From NCBI GenBank assembly GCA_049323695.1, contig JBMOOF010000058.1:86554-150553 (forward strand): a DNA stretch of 64,000 nucleotides, written 5' to 3'. This DNA is from Pseudomonadota bacterium (GTDB lineage Bacteria; Pseudomonadota; Alphaproteobacteria; Caulobacterales; Caulobacteraceae). The position numbers and the translations under genes are program-made. The notes beneath the pieces are model-generated. The model ran no database searches and was not told the DNA's origin. It was given only the letters and a program-made list of their open reading frames with translations. Each line of letters starts with the position of its first letter. Positions within the stretch are counted from its first letter, which is position 1. Positions 7,917 through 16,875 of this stretch are shown here, piece by piece.

Positions 7917-9326
7917 CTAGAACAGAACCCGCGGGTTCATGATGCGCCTCGGGTCCAGCGCGCCGCGGATGGCGCGGAGGGCCTCGACCTCGACCGGGCT
8001 CTTGTAGCGCAGGGCGTCGGCCGTCTTGGCGGCGCCCAGGCCGTGCTCGGCGCTGATCGAGCCGTCCAGGGAGGCGACGATGTCGTGGACGATGCGGCTG
8101 CCGGCGTCGCGGGCCTCGTTGTGGGCCTCGTCCGAGCCGCCGTCGGGACGCAGGACGTCGTAGTGGACATTGCCGTCGCCCACATGGCCGAAGGCCACGA
8201 TGCGGACGCCGGGGTCGTGTTTCCGCACGGCGGCGCCGGCCTGCTCGATGAAGTCGGCGATGCGCGAGACGGGCACCGAAACATCGTGCTTCCAGGCCGC
8301 GCCCTCGGGCTTCTGGGCGCCGGACTGGCTCTCGCGGACCAGCCAGAAGGCCTTGGCCTGGGCCTGCGTCTGGGCGACGGCGGCGTCCCGGATCAGGCCG
8401 TCGTCGAGGGCGCCGGCGAGCAGCCGCTCCATCGCCGATTCGGCCGCGCCGGGCTCGCCGCTGGCGGTCTCGACCAGGACGTACCAGGGTTGCTCGCCCT
8501 CAAGCGGCTCGCGGACGCCGGGGATGTGGCGGACCGCGAAGGCCACGCCCAGGCGGCACATCAGTTCGAAGGCCTCGACCGCCCCGCCGGTCTCCTCCCT
8601 GGCCCGGGCCAACAGCCTTATGGCGTCGTGCGGGGTGGAGAGGCCGACAATGGCGGTCGCCCGCGATGGCAGCATGGGAAACAGCTTCAGGCTGGCGGCG
8701 GTGACGACGCCGAGCGTCCCCTCGGCGCCGATCAGCAACTGCTTGAGGTCGTAGCCGGTGTTGTCCTTGCGCAGCCGCTTGAGGCCGTTCCAGATCTCGC
8801 CGTTGGGCAGCACGGCTTCGAGGCCCAGGACCAGGTTGCGGGTCGCGCCATAGCGCAGCACCTGGGTGCCGCCGGCGTTGGTGGAGACGACGCCGCCGAC
8901 CGTCGCGCTGCCTTCGGACGCCAGTCCGAGCGGAAAGCGTCGCGACAGCGTCGCGGCGGCGTCGTGCACGGCCGCCAGGGTGACGCCGGCTTCCGCCACC
9001 ACCACGTCGTCGAAGCCGTCGATGTCGCGGATGCGGTTGAGGCGCTCGGTGGAGAGCAGGATCTCGCCCTGGGGAATCTGGCCGCTGACCAGGCCGGTGT
9101 TGCCGCCCTGAGGCGTGATCGCCGTCCCGGTTTCGGCGCAGATGCCGATCACGGCCGCCGCCTCGGCCGTCGAGGCGGGCGTGACCAGCAGGGGCGTGCG
9201 GCCGGTCCAGCGGCCCCGCCACTCCACCAGCCGGGGCGCGATGCGGTCCGGATCCTGGCTCCAGCCGCCCTCGCCGAGCACGGCCTTCAGGCGCGAGATC
9301 ACATCGGCGCGGACGGAGATGGTCAT
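7917..9326 (-). CDS. FAD-binding oxidoreductase (FAD-linked oxidase; D-2-hydroxyacid / D-lactate dehydrogenase-like)
   Basis: Track ORF 7917-9338, start ATG 9326 (MTISVRAD) preferred. Motifs: PQGGNTGLVSGQIP, VSTNAGG, GHVGDGNVHY, SISAEHGLG. Confidence 0.85.
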   Translation of the reverse strand: MTISVRADVISRLKAVLGEGGWSQDPDRIAPRLVEWRGRWTGRTPLLVTPASTAEAAAVIGICAETGTAITPQGGNTGLVSGQIPQGEILLSTERLNRIRDIDGFDDVVVAEAGVTLAAVHDAAATLSRRFPLGLASEGSATVGGVVSTNAGGTQVLRYGATRNLVLGLEAVLPNGEIWNGLKRLRKDNTGYDLKQLLIGAEGTLGVVTAASLKLFPMLPSRATAIVGLSTPHDAIRLLARAREETGGAVEAFELMCRLGVAFAVRHIPGVREPLEGEQPWYVLVETASGEPGAAESAMERLLAGALDDGLIRDAAVAQTQAQAKAFWLVRESQSGAQKPEGAAWKHDVSVPVSRIADFIEQAGAAVRKHDPGVRIVAFGHVGDGNVHYDVLRPDGGSDEAHNEARDAGSRIVHDIVASLDGSISAEHGLGAAKTADALRYKSPVEVEALRAIRGALDPRRIMNPRVLF

Positions 9327-9358
9327 GGGACCCAGCATACGCCGGGCCGGCGGGCGCG

Positions 9359-10333
9359 TCAGCCGATGAAGCCCGCGGCCCGGCGCAGGCGGTCGTTGAT
9401 CGCCTCGCCCAGGCCCTCGTGCGGGATCGGGGCGACGGCGATGGCCGTCGGGCGCGTGCGGTCGGCGGCGCGGAGCATGGAAAAGAGGTTCGCCGCCGCC
9501 TCGGCCAGATCGCCGGTCCGGCTGAGGTTGAACGCGTGGTCGCCGGGGCCGAAGGCCAGGAAGGCCTCGCCGGGCTCGGCGGCGGTCGCGTTCAGGCGCA
9601 CGGGGGCGTCCGGAGCGTAGTGCAGGGCGAGCCGGCCGGGAGAGCGCTTCGCGTCGGCCTCCGCCTCGGCCAGGGGGCCGAGCAGGGCCTCGAGCCGGGC
9701 GCGGGTCACGGCGCCCGGCCGCAGCAGGCGCGGCGGCTCGCCCGGCGGCAGGGCGACCACCGTCGACTCCAGGCCCACCGCGCAGGCGCCGCCGTCCAGA
9801 GCCGCGGCGGCGCGGGCGCCGGTCTCCTCCATGGCGTCGGCGAAGGTCGTCGGGCTCGGTCGGCCGGAGCGGTTGGCCGAGGGCGCCACCACCGGCCCGC
9901 CGAAGGCCGCCAGCAGGGCGCGCGACACCGGATGGCCGGGCACGCGGACCGCCACGGTGTCCAGCCCCGCGCGGGCGAGATCGCAGACCGCCCGGGCGTC
10001 GCGCACGGGAGCGACGATCGTCAGCGGGCCCGGCCAGAAGGCGGCGGCCAGCCGCTCGGCGCGGTCGTCCAGCACGGCGAGGCGGCGCGCCGCCTCGAGG
10101 TCGGCGACATGGGCGATCAACGGGTTGAAGCGCGGCCGGCCCTTGGCCTCGTAGACGGCGGCGACGGCGCGCGGATCGGCGGCGTTCGCCGCCAGGCCGT
10201 AGACCGTCTCGGTCGGCAGGATGACCAGGCCGCCCGCGCGCAGGGCGTCGGCGGCGCGCGCTATTTCGCCCGCCTGGCCGTCAGGTCGATGTTGACGGTC
10301 ACCGTCGCGGGCACCGTCTCGGTGGTCTTCCAA
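9359..10333 (-). CDS. tsaC: L-threonylcarbamoyladenylate synthase (Sua5/YwlC type with C-terminal Sua5 domain)
   Basis: Track ORF, 324 aa. Motifs: LRAGGLVILPTETVYGLAANA, KGRPRFNPLIAHV, SANRSGRPSPT. The only in-frame start upstream of the conserved block is TTG 10333, which overlaps the 3' end of yceI by 73 nt, so the start is uncertain. Confidence 0.8.
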   Translation of the reverse strand: MEDHRDGARDGDRQHRPDGQAGEIARAADALRAGGLVILPTETVYGLAANAADPRAVAAVYEAKGRPRFNPLIAHVADLEAARRLAVLDDRAERLAAAFWPGPLTIVAPVRDARAVCDLARAGLDTVAVRVPGHPVSRALLAAFGGPVVAPSANRSGRPSPTTFADAMEETGARAAAALDGGACAVGLESTVVALPPGEPPRLLRPGAVTRARLEALLGPLAEAEADAKRSPGRLALHYAPDAPVRLNATAAEPGEAFLAFGPGDHAFNLSRTGDLAEAAANLFSMLRAADRTRPTAIAVAPIPHEGLGEAINDRLRRAAGFIG

Positions 10334-10827
10334 TCGCCCTGTCCCACGCCGAACGCCAGCCGGTTCAGCCCGATGCTGGCCGTCATCCTCGCCGTGTCGC
10401 CGGTGATGGCGAGGCTGAAGGGCAGGGTCAACGGCTTCGTGACGCCGCGGATGGTCAGATCGCCGATCGCCTGGTAGCGCCCGCCGCCCAGGGCCCTGAA
10501 CGCGGTCGCCTTGAAGGTCGCCTTCGGAAAGCGCGCCGCGGCGAACCAGTCGGCTTCGGGCAGGGCTTCGTCGCGCGTGGCGTCGCCGGTGACGGCCGAG
10601 GCGGTGTCGAAGCTCGCCGTCACCGACGAGCCGGCGAGATTGGCGGGATCGAAGCGGATGGCCGCGTCCCAGCGCTGGAACCGGCCGGTGAAGGCCCCGC
10701 CGTCGAAGCTGGAGGAGAAGGTCACCCGCGAGGCGGCCTTGTCGACCGTCCAGGCGGGCGCCGGGGCGGCCCAGGCCGGGGCGGCCATCGCCGCCGCCAG
10801 CGCCAGGGCGGGCCCGAGCGGCTTCAC
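10261..10827 (-). CDS. YceI family periplasmic protein
   Basis: C-terminal 188 codons of track ORF 10261-12084. GTG 10827 overlaps the cytochrome b561 stop (GTGA). Signal peptide, then WTVDKAASRVTFS..GRFQRWDAAIRFDP..GDLTIRGVTKPLTLPF. Confidence 0.85.
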   Translation of the reverse strand: MKPLGPALALAAAMAAPAWAAPAPAWTVDKAASRVTFSSSFDGGAFTGRFQRWDAAIRFDPANLAGSSVTASFDTASAVTGDATRDEALPEADWFAAARFPKATFKATAFRALGGGRYQAIGDLTIRGVTKPLTLPFSLAITGDTARMTASIGLNRLAFGVGQGDWKTTETVPATVTVNIDLTARRAK

Positions 10828-11414
10828 GCCGCCTCGCCCTGCCGCCGGGCGAGGAAGGGGATCATCCGCGACAGGCTGTTGTCCCTGTCGAGGAACTGGT
10901 GCTTCAGCGCCCCCAGCACATGCAGGGGAATGAGGCCGTAGATGATCGCCTTGGCCATCAGCTTGTGAATCTCCTCGAGCAGCTCGTGCCGGTCGTGCCG
11001 CACCGTCTCCGGCAGGTCGAAGAGCGGCTGGATGACCGGCCAGTCGAACAGTCCGAACATGTCGATCGGGTACCGCACGATCAGGCTGCTGGCCGAGACC
11101 ATCGCCCAGCCGGTGAGCGGAACCAGCAGCATCAGGCCGTAGAAGCCCCAGTGGACCGCGTGCGCCAGCCGGCGCTCCCAGGGCTTGAGGCCCGGCCCCA
11201 GCGGCGGCGGCCGGTGAACCGCGCGCCAGGCCAGCCGCGCCAGGGTCAGCAGCAGGATGACGATCCCCAACGGCTTGTGCAGCTGCAGCGGAACCATCTT
11301 GGCCGCGCCCTTCAGATCCTCGGCCTGCCAGGCCAGCAGCACCGTCCAGACCAGCAGGATCGCGATGATCCAGTGCAGCATGACGGCGACGGCCGAATAA
11401 CGATCGCGTTCCAT
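10824..11414 (-). CDS. cybB: cytochrome b561 family protein
   Basis: Track ORF, 196 aa. MERDRYSAVAVMLHWIIAILL..LHKPLGIVILLLTLARLAWR..AHAVHWGFYGLMLLVPLTGW. Four TM segments with conserved His ligands. Confidence 0.85.
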   Translation of the reverse strand: MERDRYSAVAVMLHWIIAILLVWTVLLAWQAEDLKGAAKMVPLQLHKPLGIVILLLTLARLAWRAVHRPPPLGPGLKPWERRLAHAVHWGFYGLMLLVPLTGWAMVSASSLIVRYPIDMFGLFDWPVIQPLFDLPETVRHDRHELLEEIHKLMAKAIIYGLIPLHVLGALKHQFLDRDNSLSRMIPFLARRQGEAA

Positions 11415-11438
11415 GGAGGCTCCCCGACTTCTTCCGAC

Positions 11439-12044
11439 CTACTTCTTCACGAACTCCAGCTCCAGGATCAACTCCACTTCGTCGCCGACGAACGCCAGCG
11501 GCGGATGAAGCAGGAAATCGGAGCCGAAATCCGACCGCTTGATCGTCCCCCGCGCCGAAAATCCGGAACGCTGGCCCGCGAGGCCGGCCGTGTAGCCCTC
11601 GAAGACGACGTCCAGGGTGACGGGCCGGGTGACGCCCCGGAAGGTGAGGTCGCCGGTCATCGTCCCGCGATTGCCGGGCCCGGGGACGATGGCGGTCGAG
11701 ACGAAGCGGATCGTCGGGTTGGCCCTTGCGTCGAGGAACTTCTCGGCGAACTCGGCGTCGAACTTCGCCTCGCCGGTGTCGAGGCTCGCGGCCGGGATCG
11801 TCGCCTCGACCCGCGAGGCCGCGGGGGCCCGGGGATCGTAGCTGTAGCTGGCGTCGAAGCCGGTGAAGCGGACGGTGTAGGCCGATTGGCCCATGTGCCG
11901 GACGCGGGCGATCAGGCTGGCGTGGGTCTTGTCCAGGACGTAGGTCCCGGCCGGCATGTCGGCCGGATTGGTCGAGGGCGCCGCGGCGGCCAACGGCGCG
12001 GCCAGCAGGGCGAGGGCGAAGGCGGCGGCGAGCGGGCGGAGCAT
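11439..12044 (-). CDS. YceI family periplasmic protein (second paralog)
   Basis: Track ORF, 201 aa. Signal peptide, then YVLDKTHASLIARVRHMG..FTGFDASYSYDP..GDLTFRGVTRPVTLDV. Confidence 0.85.
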   Translation of the reverse strand: MLRPLAAAFALALLAAPLAAAAPSTNPADMPAGTYVLDKTHASLIARVRHMGQSAYTVRFTGFDASYSYDPRAPAASRVEATIPAASLDTGEAKFDAEFAEKFLDARANPTIRFVSTAIVPGPGNRGTMTGDLTFRGVTRPVTLDVVFEGYTAGLAGQRSGFSARGTIKRSDFGSDFLLHPPLAFVGDEVELILELEFVKK

Positions 12045-12169
12045 CTGGACCTCGACTGTGACAATATCTGTTGCGGATCAACATAGGCCGTCGCGGCGGC
12101 GGCGCAAACGCCCGGGCTTCACGAGACGGTGACCGCCCGTTAACAACGCCGCCGACCCGGAGAGCCCCG

Positions 12170-13837
12170 ATGACCTACCAGCCGCCCCTGCGCGACCTGA
12201 CCGCCGCCCTCGCCGCCGCCGGCTATGACCGCCTGGGCGCGGCCTTTCCCGACGCCGACGCCGAGACCGCCGCGGCGATCCTCGAGGCGGCGGGCGAGTT
12301 CGCCGCCGGGGTGATCGCCCCGCTGAACCGCCAGGGCGACCTGACCGGCGCGCGCTACGAGAATGGACGGGTCACCGCCGCGCCGGGTTTCGCCGACGCC
12401 TATCGCCAGTTCGCGGCGGGCGGCTGGAACAGCCTGTCGGCCGACCCGGCGTTCGGCGGCCAGGGCCTGCCCAAGACGCTGGAGATCGCCGTCTTCGAGA
12501 TGATCCAGGGCGCCAGCCTGGCCTTCGGCCTCTGCCCCATGCTGACCCAGGGGGCCATCGAGGCGCTCGCCGCCCACGGCACGGACCGCCAGAAGGCGCT
12601 CTACCTGCCGAGGCTGGTCAGCGGCGAATGGACCGGAACGATGAACCTGACCGAGCCGCAGGCCGGCTCGGATCTCGCCGCCCTGACCACCCGGGCCGAG
12701 CCGGACGGCGAGGGCGGCTATCGCCTGACCGGCCAGAAGATCTTCATCACCTGGGGCGACCACGACGCGGCCGAGAACATCGTCCATCTGGTGCTGGCCC
12801 GCCTGCCCGGCGCGCCGGAGGGCAGCCGCGGCATCTCGCTGTTCGCCTGTCCCAAGCGCCTGGTCGGCGAGGACGGCGCGCCCGGGGGGCTCAACGGCGC
12901 GCGGCCGGTCGGCGTCGAGCACAAGCTCGGCATTCACGCCTCGCCGACCTGCGTGATGGCCTTCGAGGGCGCGCGGGCCGAGCTGGTCGGCGCCGAGCAC
13001 CAGGGGCTGGCGGCGATGTTCACCATGATGAACGCCGCGCGGCTGCAGGTGGGCGCCCAGGGCGTCGGCATCGCCGAACGGGCCTACCAGCAGGCGCTGG
13101 CCTTCTCGCTGGAGCGCCGCCAGGGCCGTTCGGCCTGGACCGGAGAGGCCAACGCCCCGATCCACGATCATCCGGACGTGCGCCGCATGCTGATGCTGAT
13201 GCGCGCCAGGACGCTGGCGGCGCGGGCCGTCTGCCTGTCGACCGCCGTCGCCGCCGACCTGTCGCGGCGCGCGGCGACGGCCGAGGCCCGCGAGGCGGCG
13301 AAGCTGCGCGAGGAGCTGCTGACCCCGATCGCCAAGGCCTGGTCCACCGACGCCGGCGTCGAGGCCGCCTCGCTGGGCGTCCAGGTCCACGGCGGCATGG
13401 GTTTCATCGAGGAGACCGGCGCGGCCCAGCACTATCGCGACGCCCGCATCCTGCCGATCTACGAGGGGACCAACGGCATCCAGGCCATGGACCTGATCGG
13501 GCGGAAGCTGGGACTGGCGGGCGGGGCGGCGCTGGAGTCGCTGCTGGCCGACATCCGCGCCGACGCCGGCGACGCGCCGCGGCTGGCGGCCGGCGCCGAC
13601 GCGGTCGAGGCGGCCGCCGCCTGGCTGGCCGGGAAGCGGGGTTCGCCCGACGCGCTCGCCGGCGCGACCCCGTTCCTGAAACTCGCCGGCGACGTCGTCG
13701 GCGGCTGGATGCTGGCGCGGATGGCCAGGGCCGACGCCGCCTACGCCCCGGCCTGGCGGTTCTTCGCCGAACAGATCCTGGCCACGGCGCCAGGCCAGGT
13801 CGCCGCGGTCACCCAGGGGGCGGAGGTGCTGGCGTAG
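12170..13837 (+). CDS. acyl-CoA dehydrogenase (long form with extra C-terminal domain)
   Basis: Track ORF 12071-13837 trimmed to ATG 12170 (GGAGAG upstream; MTYQPPLRDL). Motifs: GTMNLTEPQAGSDL, GQKIFITWGDHD, QVHGGMGFIEETG, RILPIYEGTNGIQ. Confidence 0.9.
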   Translation: MTYQPPLRDLTAALAAAGYDRLGAAFPDADAETAAAILEAAGEFAAGVIAPLNRQGDLTGARYENGRVTAAPGFADAYRQFAAGGWNSLSADPAFGGQGLPKTLEIAVFEMIQGASLAFGLCPMLTQGAIEALAAHGTDRQKALYLPRLVSGEWTGTMNLTEPQAGSDLAALTTRAEPDGEGGYRLTGQKIFITWGDHDAAENIVHLVLARLPGAPEGSRGISLFACPKRLVGEDGAPGGLNGARPVGVEHKLGIHASPTCVMAFEGARAELVGAEHQGLAAMFTMMNAARLQVGAQGVGIAERAYQQALAFSLERRQGRSAWTGEANAPIHDHPDVRRMLMLMRARTLAARAVCLSTAVAADLSRRAATAEAREAAKLREELLTPIAKAWSTDAGVEAASLGVQVHGGMGFIEETGAAQHYRDARILPIYEGTNGIQAMDLIGRKLGLAGGAALESLLADIRADAGDAPRLAAGADAVEAAAAWLAGKRGSPDALAGATPFLKLAGDVVGGWMLARMARADAAYAPAWRFFAEQILATAPGQVAAVTQGAEVLA

Positions 13838-13854
13838 GGACGGGGACTGGACCG

Positions 13855-13872
13855 GCCGTCCCTCGGGACGGC
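13855..13872. terminator. GC hairpin between convergent acyl-CoA dehydrogenase and peroxiredoxin genes
   Basis: GCCGTCCC-tc-GGGACGGC followed by TT. An extra GGGACGG at 13838-13844 can pair alternatively. Confidence 0.5.
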
Positions 13873-13892
13873 TTGTCCTGTCCCCTGCGTGG

Positions 13893-14375
13893 CTACAGCT
13901 GCGCCAGCATGTAGTCGGCGGAGGAGACCCTGAACTCGCCGCCGGCCTCGACGTTGAGCGTCTCGACGACGCCGTCCCTGACGATCATCGAGTAGCGCTG
14001 GCTGCGCGTGCCCATGCCGAACTTGCTGCCGTCCATCTCCAGGCCCAGCGCCCTGGTGAAGTCGCCGTTGCCGTCGGCCAGCATGACGATGTCCTCGCCC
14101 ACGCCCTGATCGGCGCCCCAGGCCTTCATCACGAAGACGTCGTTGACCGAGACGCAGGCGATGGCGTCGACGCCCTTGGCCTTCAGCTCGGCGGCGTGAT
14201 CCTTGAATCCCGGCAGGTGTTTGGCCGAGCAGGTCGGGGTGAAGGCGCCGGGCACCGCCAGCAGGGCGACGGTCCTGCCCTTGAACAGTTCGTCCGTGGT
14301 GATCGGACGGGGGCCTTCCGGTCCCGAGGTCATGAAGACGGCGTCGGGCAGCCTGTCGCCCACCTTGATGGTCAT
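13893..14375 (-). CDS. peroxiredoxin (Prx5-type, atypical 2-Cys)
   Basis: C-terminal 160 codons of track ORF 13893-14993. ATG 14375 with AGGGAGAGAG upstream. MTIKVGDRLPD..AVPGAFTPTCS..HLPGF. Confidence 0.9.
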   Translation of the reverse strand: MTIKVGDRLPDAVFMTSGPEGPRPITTDELFKGRTVALLAVPGAFTPTCSAKHLPGFKDHAAELKAKGVDAIACVSVNDVFVMKAWGADQGVGEDIVMLADGNGDFTRALGLEMDGSKFGMGTRSQRYSMIVRDGVVETLNVEAGGEFRVSSADYMLAQL

Positions 14376-14486
14376 GGTCTCTCTCCCTGTCGCGGAACTG
14401 CGCTCGGCCAAGGCAAATAGGGGAGCCGGCGATCTTCGCCAAGCGCGCGACTTGAAACCGCCGCCTTCCGGGCCGATCCTCCGCCC

Positions 14487-15065
14487 ATGACGGAGCGTTC
14501 GGACACCGAGTTTCTCGCCGGCCGACTGCTCATCGCCATGCCCGGCATCGGCGATCCGCGGTTCGAGCGGGCGGTGGTCTTCCTGTGCGCCCACGACGCC
14601 GAACACGCCATCGGCCTGGCGATCAACCGGCCGGTGGAAGGCCTGACCCTGGACGGCCTGTTCCAGCGGATCGGCGTCGACCCGCCCGTGCGCCGCGTCG
14701 CCGACGAGCCGGTGATGATGGGCGGTCCGGTGGAGCGCGAGCGCGGCTTCGTGCTGCACACCGACGACTATGTCTGCGAAGGCGTCACCGTGCCCGTCGT
14801 CGAGGGGCTGGCCCTGACCACCACCCGCGACGTGCTGCAGGCGCTCACCGGCGACGAGGCCCCGCGTCGGGCCCTGCTGGCGCTGGGCTACGCCGGCTGG
14901 GGCCCCGGGCAGCTGGAGCAGGAGGTCCGCGAGAATGTCTGGCTGGTCTGCGACTCCGACGAGGCGCTGATCTTCGGCGACGACTTCGACCACAAGTGGT
15001 CGCGGGCGCTCGAGAAGCTCGGCATCTCGGCGGCGATGCTGGCCGAGACGGGCGGGCGGGCCTGA
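14487..15065 (+). CDS. YqgE/AlgH family protein (UPF0301)
   Basis: Track ORF, 192 aa. LAGRLLIAMPGIGDPRFERAVVFLCAHD..GAIGLAINRP..GYAGWGPGQLEQE. Confidence 0.85.
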   Translation: MTERSDTEFLAGRLLIAMPGIGDPRFERAVVFLCAHDAEHAIGLAINRPVEGLTLDGLFQRIGVDPPVRRVADEPVMMGGPVERERGFVLHTDDYVCEGVTVPVVEGLALTTTRDVLQALTGDEAPRRALLALGYAGWGPGQLEQEVRENVWLVCDSDEALIFGDDFDHKWSRALEKLGISAAMLAETGGRA

Positions 15066-15070
15066 GCCGC

Positions 15071-15163
15071 GAATTGGAGGGACAGAATTGGAGGGACAGC
15101 TTACTCATTTCCTCCCGGCCCGGGCGACCGCGGCGGGAAATGAGTAAGCTGTCCCTCCAATTC
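15071..15163. repeat. perfect 28-bp inverted repeat (15085-15112 / 15136-15163, 23-nt loop), preceded by a tandem copy of its first 14 nt (15071-15084)
   Basis: GAATTGGAGGGACAGCTTACTCATTTCC ... GGAAATGAGTAAGCTGTCCCTCCAATTC with no mismatch. GAATTGGAGGGACA occurs twice in tandem. The element fills the 97-nt gap between two convergent genes. Confidence 0.9.
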
Positions 15164-16827
15164 TAGCCCTGTCGCCGGACCGGCGCGGCGCCGTCGACGT
15201 AGCTCTCGTTGAGATAGACCTCGGCCTCCTGCGGGGAGAGGGCCGGCGCATAGCCGAAGCCCTGGCCGTAGTCGCAGCCGAGCTCGAGCAGGGCGCGGGC
15301 CATGCCGGCGTTCTCGACGCCCTCGGCGACCACCTCGAGGTTCAGATCCTGGCCCAGCTTGACCACTGAGCGCACGATCTTCGCCGAGCCCTCGTTGGCG
15401 CCCATGGTGCGCACGAAGTAGCGGTCGATCTTCAGGGTGTCGAAGGGCAGCCGCGTCAGATAGCTGAGCGATGAGAAGCCGGTGCCGAAGTCGTCCAGCG
15501 CCAGGCCCGCGCCGCCGGCCCGCAGGGCGTGCAGCACGCCGGCCGCGCCCTCCGGATCGCGCATGATGTCGCTTTCGGTGATCTCCAGCTTCAGCGATCC
15601 CGGCGGCAGGCGGTGCTTGGCGATCAGCCCGGTGACGTCGTCGACCAGGCCCGGCCGGTCGATCTCGCCGGTCGACAGGTTGACGCTGACGGTCAGGTTG
15701 CCGGCCGCCGGATGACTCTGGCGCCAGGCGGCGAGCTGCCGCGCCGACTGCCGCAGCATGTGGGCGCCCAGCTCGGCCATCATGCCCAGCTCCTCGGCCA
15801 GCGGCAGGAAGTCGTCGGGCGGCACCAGGCCCCGGCGGGGGTGCCGCCAGCGGCAGAGGGCCTCGAAGCCCGACAGGGCGCCGTCGGACAGCCGCACGAC
15901 CGGCTGGAAGAAGGGCACGATTTCGCCCCGGGCGACGGCCCCGCGCAGGTCGGACTCCAGCGCCAGCTGCGAGAGGCCGTCGCTCTCCATCGAGCGGCCG
16001 TAGGCGGCGGCCCCGCCCCGGCCGGCGCCCTTGGCCGCCTCGACGGCCAGTTCGGCGCGGCGCAGCAGCTCGGCGGCGTCGGGGGCGTCCTCGCCGCCCT
16101 CGGCCTCCACGGCGCCGACGGCGAGGGTCGGCAGGATGTCGAAGCCGGCGACCCGCAGGGGCTGCTCCAGCGCCTTGCGCAGGCGCTCGGCCGGGTCGGG
16201 GTCGTCGGCGACCATGATCGCGAACTCGTCCTCGCCGATCCGCGACATCAGGGCCTCGGCGCCGAAGGCGGCGGCCAGGCGCGAACCGAGGGCGGCCAGC
16301 ACCAGGTCGGCCCGCTCGTGGCCGAGGGCCTCGTTCAGCCGCCGCAGCCGGTCGAGGTCGGCGACGACCAGGGTCTGGCGCTGCGGCGCGCCCAGCCGCT
16401 CGCGCGCGCGGGCGACGAAGCTCTTGCGGTCGAGCAGGCCGGTGAGGTTGTCGGTCTCCGAGGCGGTGAAACGCGTCTCGGGCGCGGCGACGCCTGAGGC
16501 CCGGACCCCTTCCTCGAGCCAGGATCCGCGCCACAGGCAGGTCTCGCCGCCGCGCATGCGAAGGCGCAGGGCGATTTCCGAGCCCGGCGACTGGGTGCGC
16601 AGCAGCTCGTCGGCGGCGGCGCGGTCCTGCGGCAGGGTCAGGGCGCGGAAGGCGGCGGAGGAGCACTCCGGCGCCAGCGGTCCCAGGCCCAGCTGGCGCG
16701 CGGCGCCGAAGAGGCGCAGTCGGTCCTCCTCCGGCTCCCAGATCCACAGCGCCACCTGGGCGCCGCCGAGCGCCTCGAGGGTTGCGGCCGCGTCCCAGCC
16801 GCGGCGATCAAGACTCTGCAGCCTCAT
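15163..16827 (-). CDS. PAS-like / GGDEF (degenerate, GEDEF) / EAL domain c-di-GMP phosphodiesterase
   Basis: Track ORF, 554 aa. RIGEDEFAIMV replaces GG(D/E)EF. The EAL domain has all catalytic blocks: FEALCRW, VNLS, EITES, DDFGTG, KIDR, AEGVE, GQG. Confidence 0.85.
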   Translation of the reverse strand: MRLQSLDRRGWDAAATLEALGGAQVALWIWEPEEDRLRLFGAARQLGLGPLAPECSSAAFRALTLPQDRAAADELLRTQSPGSEIALRLRMRGGETCLWRGSWLEEGVRASGVAAPETRFTASETDNLTGLLDRKSFVARARERLGAPQRQTLVVADLDRLRRLNEALGHERADLVLAALGSRLAAAFGAEALMSRIGEDEFAIMVADDPDPAERLRKALEQPLRVAGFDILPTLAVGAVEAEGGEDAPDAAELLRRAELAVEAAKGAGRGGAAAYGRSMESDGLSQLALESDLRGAVARGEIVPFFQPVVRLSDGALSGFEALCRWRHPRRGLVPPDDFLPLAEELGMMAELGAHMLRQSARQLAAWRQSHPAAGNLTVSVNLSTGEIDRPGLVDDVTGLIAKHRLPPGSLKLEITESDIMRDPEGAAGVLHALRAGGAGLALDDFGTGFSSLSYLTRLPFDTLKIDRYFVRTMGANEGSAKIVRSVVKLGQDLNLEVVAEGVENAGMARALLELGCDYGQGFGYAPALSPQEAEVYLNESYVDGAAPVRRQG

Positions 16828-16875
16828 GGCCGGAATTGCGCCGGCGGGCCCTCCCTCCGGGCCTGCCGCGCCTCG

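Noticed and set aside
6567-9620. 1017-aa plus-strand ORF, the longest in the region.
   Set aside because: It runs antisense across four well-supported minus-strand genes (NUDIX, bdhA, FAD oxidase, tsaC). The composition is extreme in Arg/Gly/Ala/Pro and it has no domain signature.
15140-15166. A mini-ORF, MSKLSLQF*, encoded on both strands of the 28-bp inverted repeat. It is also the source of the track ORFs 14585-15166 plus and 14845-15108 minus.
   Set aside because: It is a by-product of the palindrome symmetry. There is no Shine-Dalgarno sequence and it is only 8 codons long. The longer track ORFs are shadow frames of yqgE.
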